A stretch of 64,000 nt of DNA, from positions 106-64,105 of the IMG/VR virus record IMGVR_UViG_2974751938_000001. One strand, given 5' to 3'. A model generated the notes under the pieces. That model was not told where the DNA came from. It did no database searches and was given only the letters and a program-made list of their open reading frames with translations. Positions 63,094-64,000 of this stretch are shown here, in pieces. The first letter of the stretch is position 1. Each line of letters opens with the position of its first letter. Source of the DNA: a virus. Its lineage: Duplodnaviria; Caudoviricetes. A program made the position numbers and the translations under genes.

Positions 63094-63126
63094 ACCCCTG
63101 TTACCACCAGGTAGCGGGGGTTTCTT
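63094..63126 (+). terminator. Intrinsic terminator (near-copy of 60208)
   Basis: ACCCCTGTTACC / GGTAGCGGGGGT followed by TTCTT. Confidence 0.75.
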
Positions 63127-63133
63127 CGTGTGT

Positions 63134-63961
63134 GGGTAGGGGTGTCACGGGGTAGGGGTGTCTGGGAGGGGTCGCCATATGGCGCGCTCTGAGCGACGCT
63201 CAGCGGGTGTTACGGCGTGGCCTGGTGTCGGTGCCCTGGTGTGTCGTCGCTTCGTTGTCGGCGCGCTGATCGGCGTCTATGGGTAGGCCTATGGGGAGGG
63301 GTAGGCGATATTTTTTTATTTATCAATGTGCATTGCAATGGTGAATAAATGGCATTGTGTGAATGGATAAATAAATGATTGTTTCAGAATAAATAAATGT
63401 GTGAATATGAATGGCATATATAGGTAGGGGGTAGGGGTCCTATATAGGGGGTAATATGTGCATATCCATATATATTTAGATATGCTAATAATAATCAATA
63501 TGATTGTGAGATATTATTATGTTTGATTGTTTATGTTGACGTCAATATAGATATATGAATGGTGATTGATTGTGTGTGTGGTGTGAGCAGATAGGGGAGG
63601 GGGTAGGGGGTGTCATGGGGTACGGGGGTGTCTTCGTGTGGCGCGCGCTGGTGGTGTGATCGGTTGCGGCCGTTGGCCTATGGGGTAGGCAGTGGGTAGG
63701 GGTGCGGTGTGGTGGTGGTGTGGTTGGCCTGGTGGTGTGCTGGTGGGTGTTGGTGCGGCCGTTGGGGTGTCGGCGTCGTCGGGTGTGTGGTGGCCGTGCG
63801 TAGCGGTGTCTGAGCGTGCCGTGTGCGGGTCCGATCGGGTGAGGGTAGTCGGCTGGTGGTCGGTGTGATTCTGTCGTGTGTGCGTGGCTCTGACCTGGTG
63901 GTATGGCATGGCTGAAGGGGTCCGGTGTCGGGGGAGGATCGCGAAGGGTACCGGGGGTGTC
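63134..63961 (+). repeat. GGGTA(N0-2)GGGG(G)TGTC repeats near the right end
   Basis: Copies at 63134, 63150, 63601, 63618 and 63946. Confidence 0.65.
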
Positions 63962-63990
63962 ACCCCTCCCCCGGCGCTGGCCCAGCGTCC

Positions 63991-64000
63991 CGCCGCGTAC
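63991..64000 (+). other. Probable 10-nt 3' cohesive end (CGCCGCGTAC)
   Basis: Terminal sequence after a long non-coding region. HNH plus terminase is consistent with cos packaging. It matches an overhang I recall for Gordonia CR phages (unverified). Confidence 0.55.

Noticed and set aside
63316-63498. 60 aa minus-strand ORF in the AT-rich island
   Set aside because: No RBS, codon usage unlike any other gene; hydrophobicity is explained by AT richness.
2831-63546. The TGACGTCA core equals the eukaryotic CRE/ATF site
   Set aside because: No relevance in an actinobacterial phage; the context is bacterial SigA promoters.
63613-63963. 116 aa Thr/Pro/His-rich minus-strand ORF
   Set aside because: Translation of the low-complexity G/T-skewed terminal DNA.
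1-64000. Integrase, attP, parAB, tRNA genes
   Set aside because: None recognisable by eye; a tRNAscan-SE or profile search would be needed to exclude divergent cases.

Overview
This looks like an essentially complete ~64 kb genome of a high-GC actinobacteriophage siphovirus, probably lytic: I found no integrase, canonical immunity repressor, tRNA or CRISPR. The window ends in CGCCGCGTAC, a likely 10-nt 3' cos overhang. That end and the gene order resemble Gordonia cluster CR phages as I recall them; I could not check this against a database. Layout: small terminase (17-574); a ~600 bp non-coding origin-like region; rightward accessory genes with a HicA-like toxin, lysin B and MazG (1.2-10.9 kb); packaging, head, tail and lysis genes (11-39.6 kb); a leftward replication/recombination arm with primase-helicase, WhiB, tandem HTH, RuvC, DnaE, SSB, AAA ATPase, PD-(D/E)XK nuclease and SNF2 helicase (39.6-58 kb); a rightward early cassette built from repeated terminator/promoter/leader modules (58.3-63.1 kb); and a non-coding right end with G-rich repeats and an AT-rich island. 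Most notable: (1) at least 12 copies of the palindrome TTGACGTCAA, often extended by GTGTAAG, embedded in SigA-type promoters, suggesting a genome-wide operator network; (2) a stand-alone paralogue of the primase C-terminal winged-helix domain beside the origin-like region; (3) a hairpin hiding the lysin A Shine-Dalgarno, with an extended -10 in its loop; (4) two identical perfect LexA/SOS-box matches; (5) a lysin B whose natural ATG is one base out of frame at a C6 run; (6) a pseudoknot-like element after the major tail gene stop. Everything was read by eye, so counts are minimums and family calls rest on motifs.
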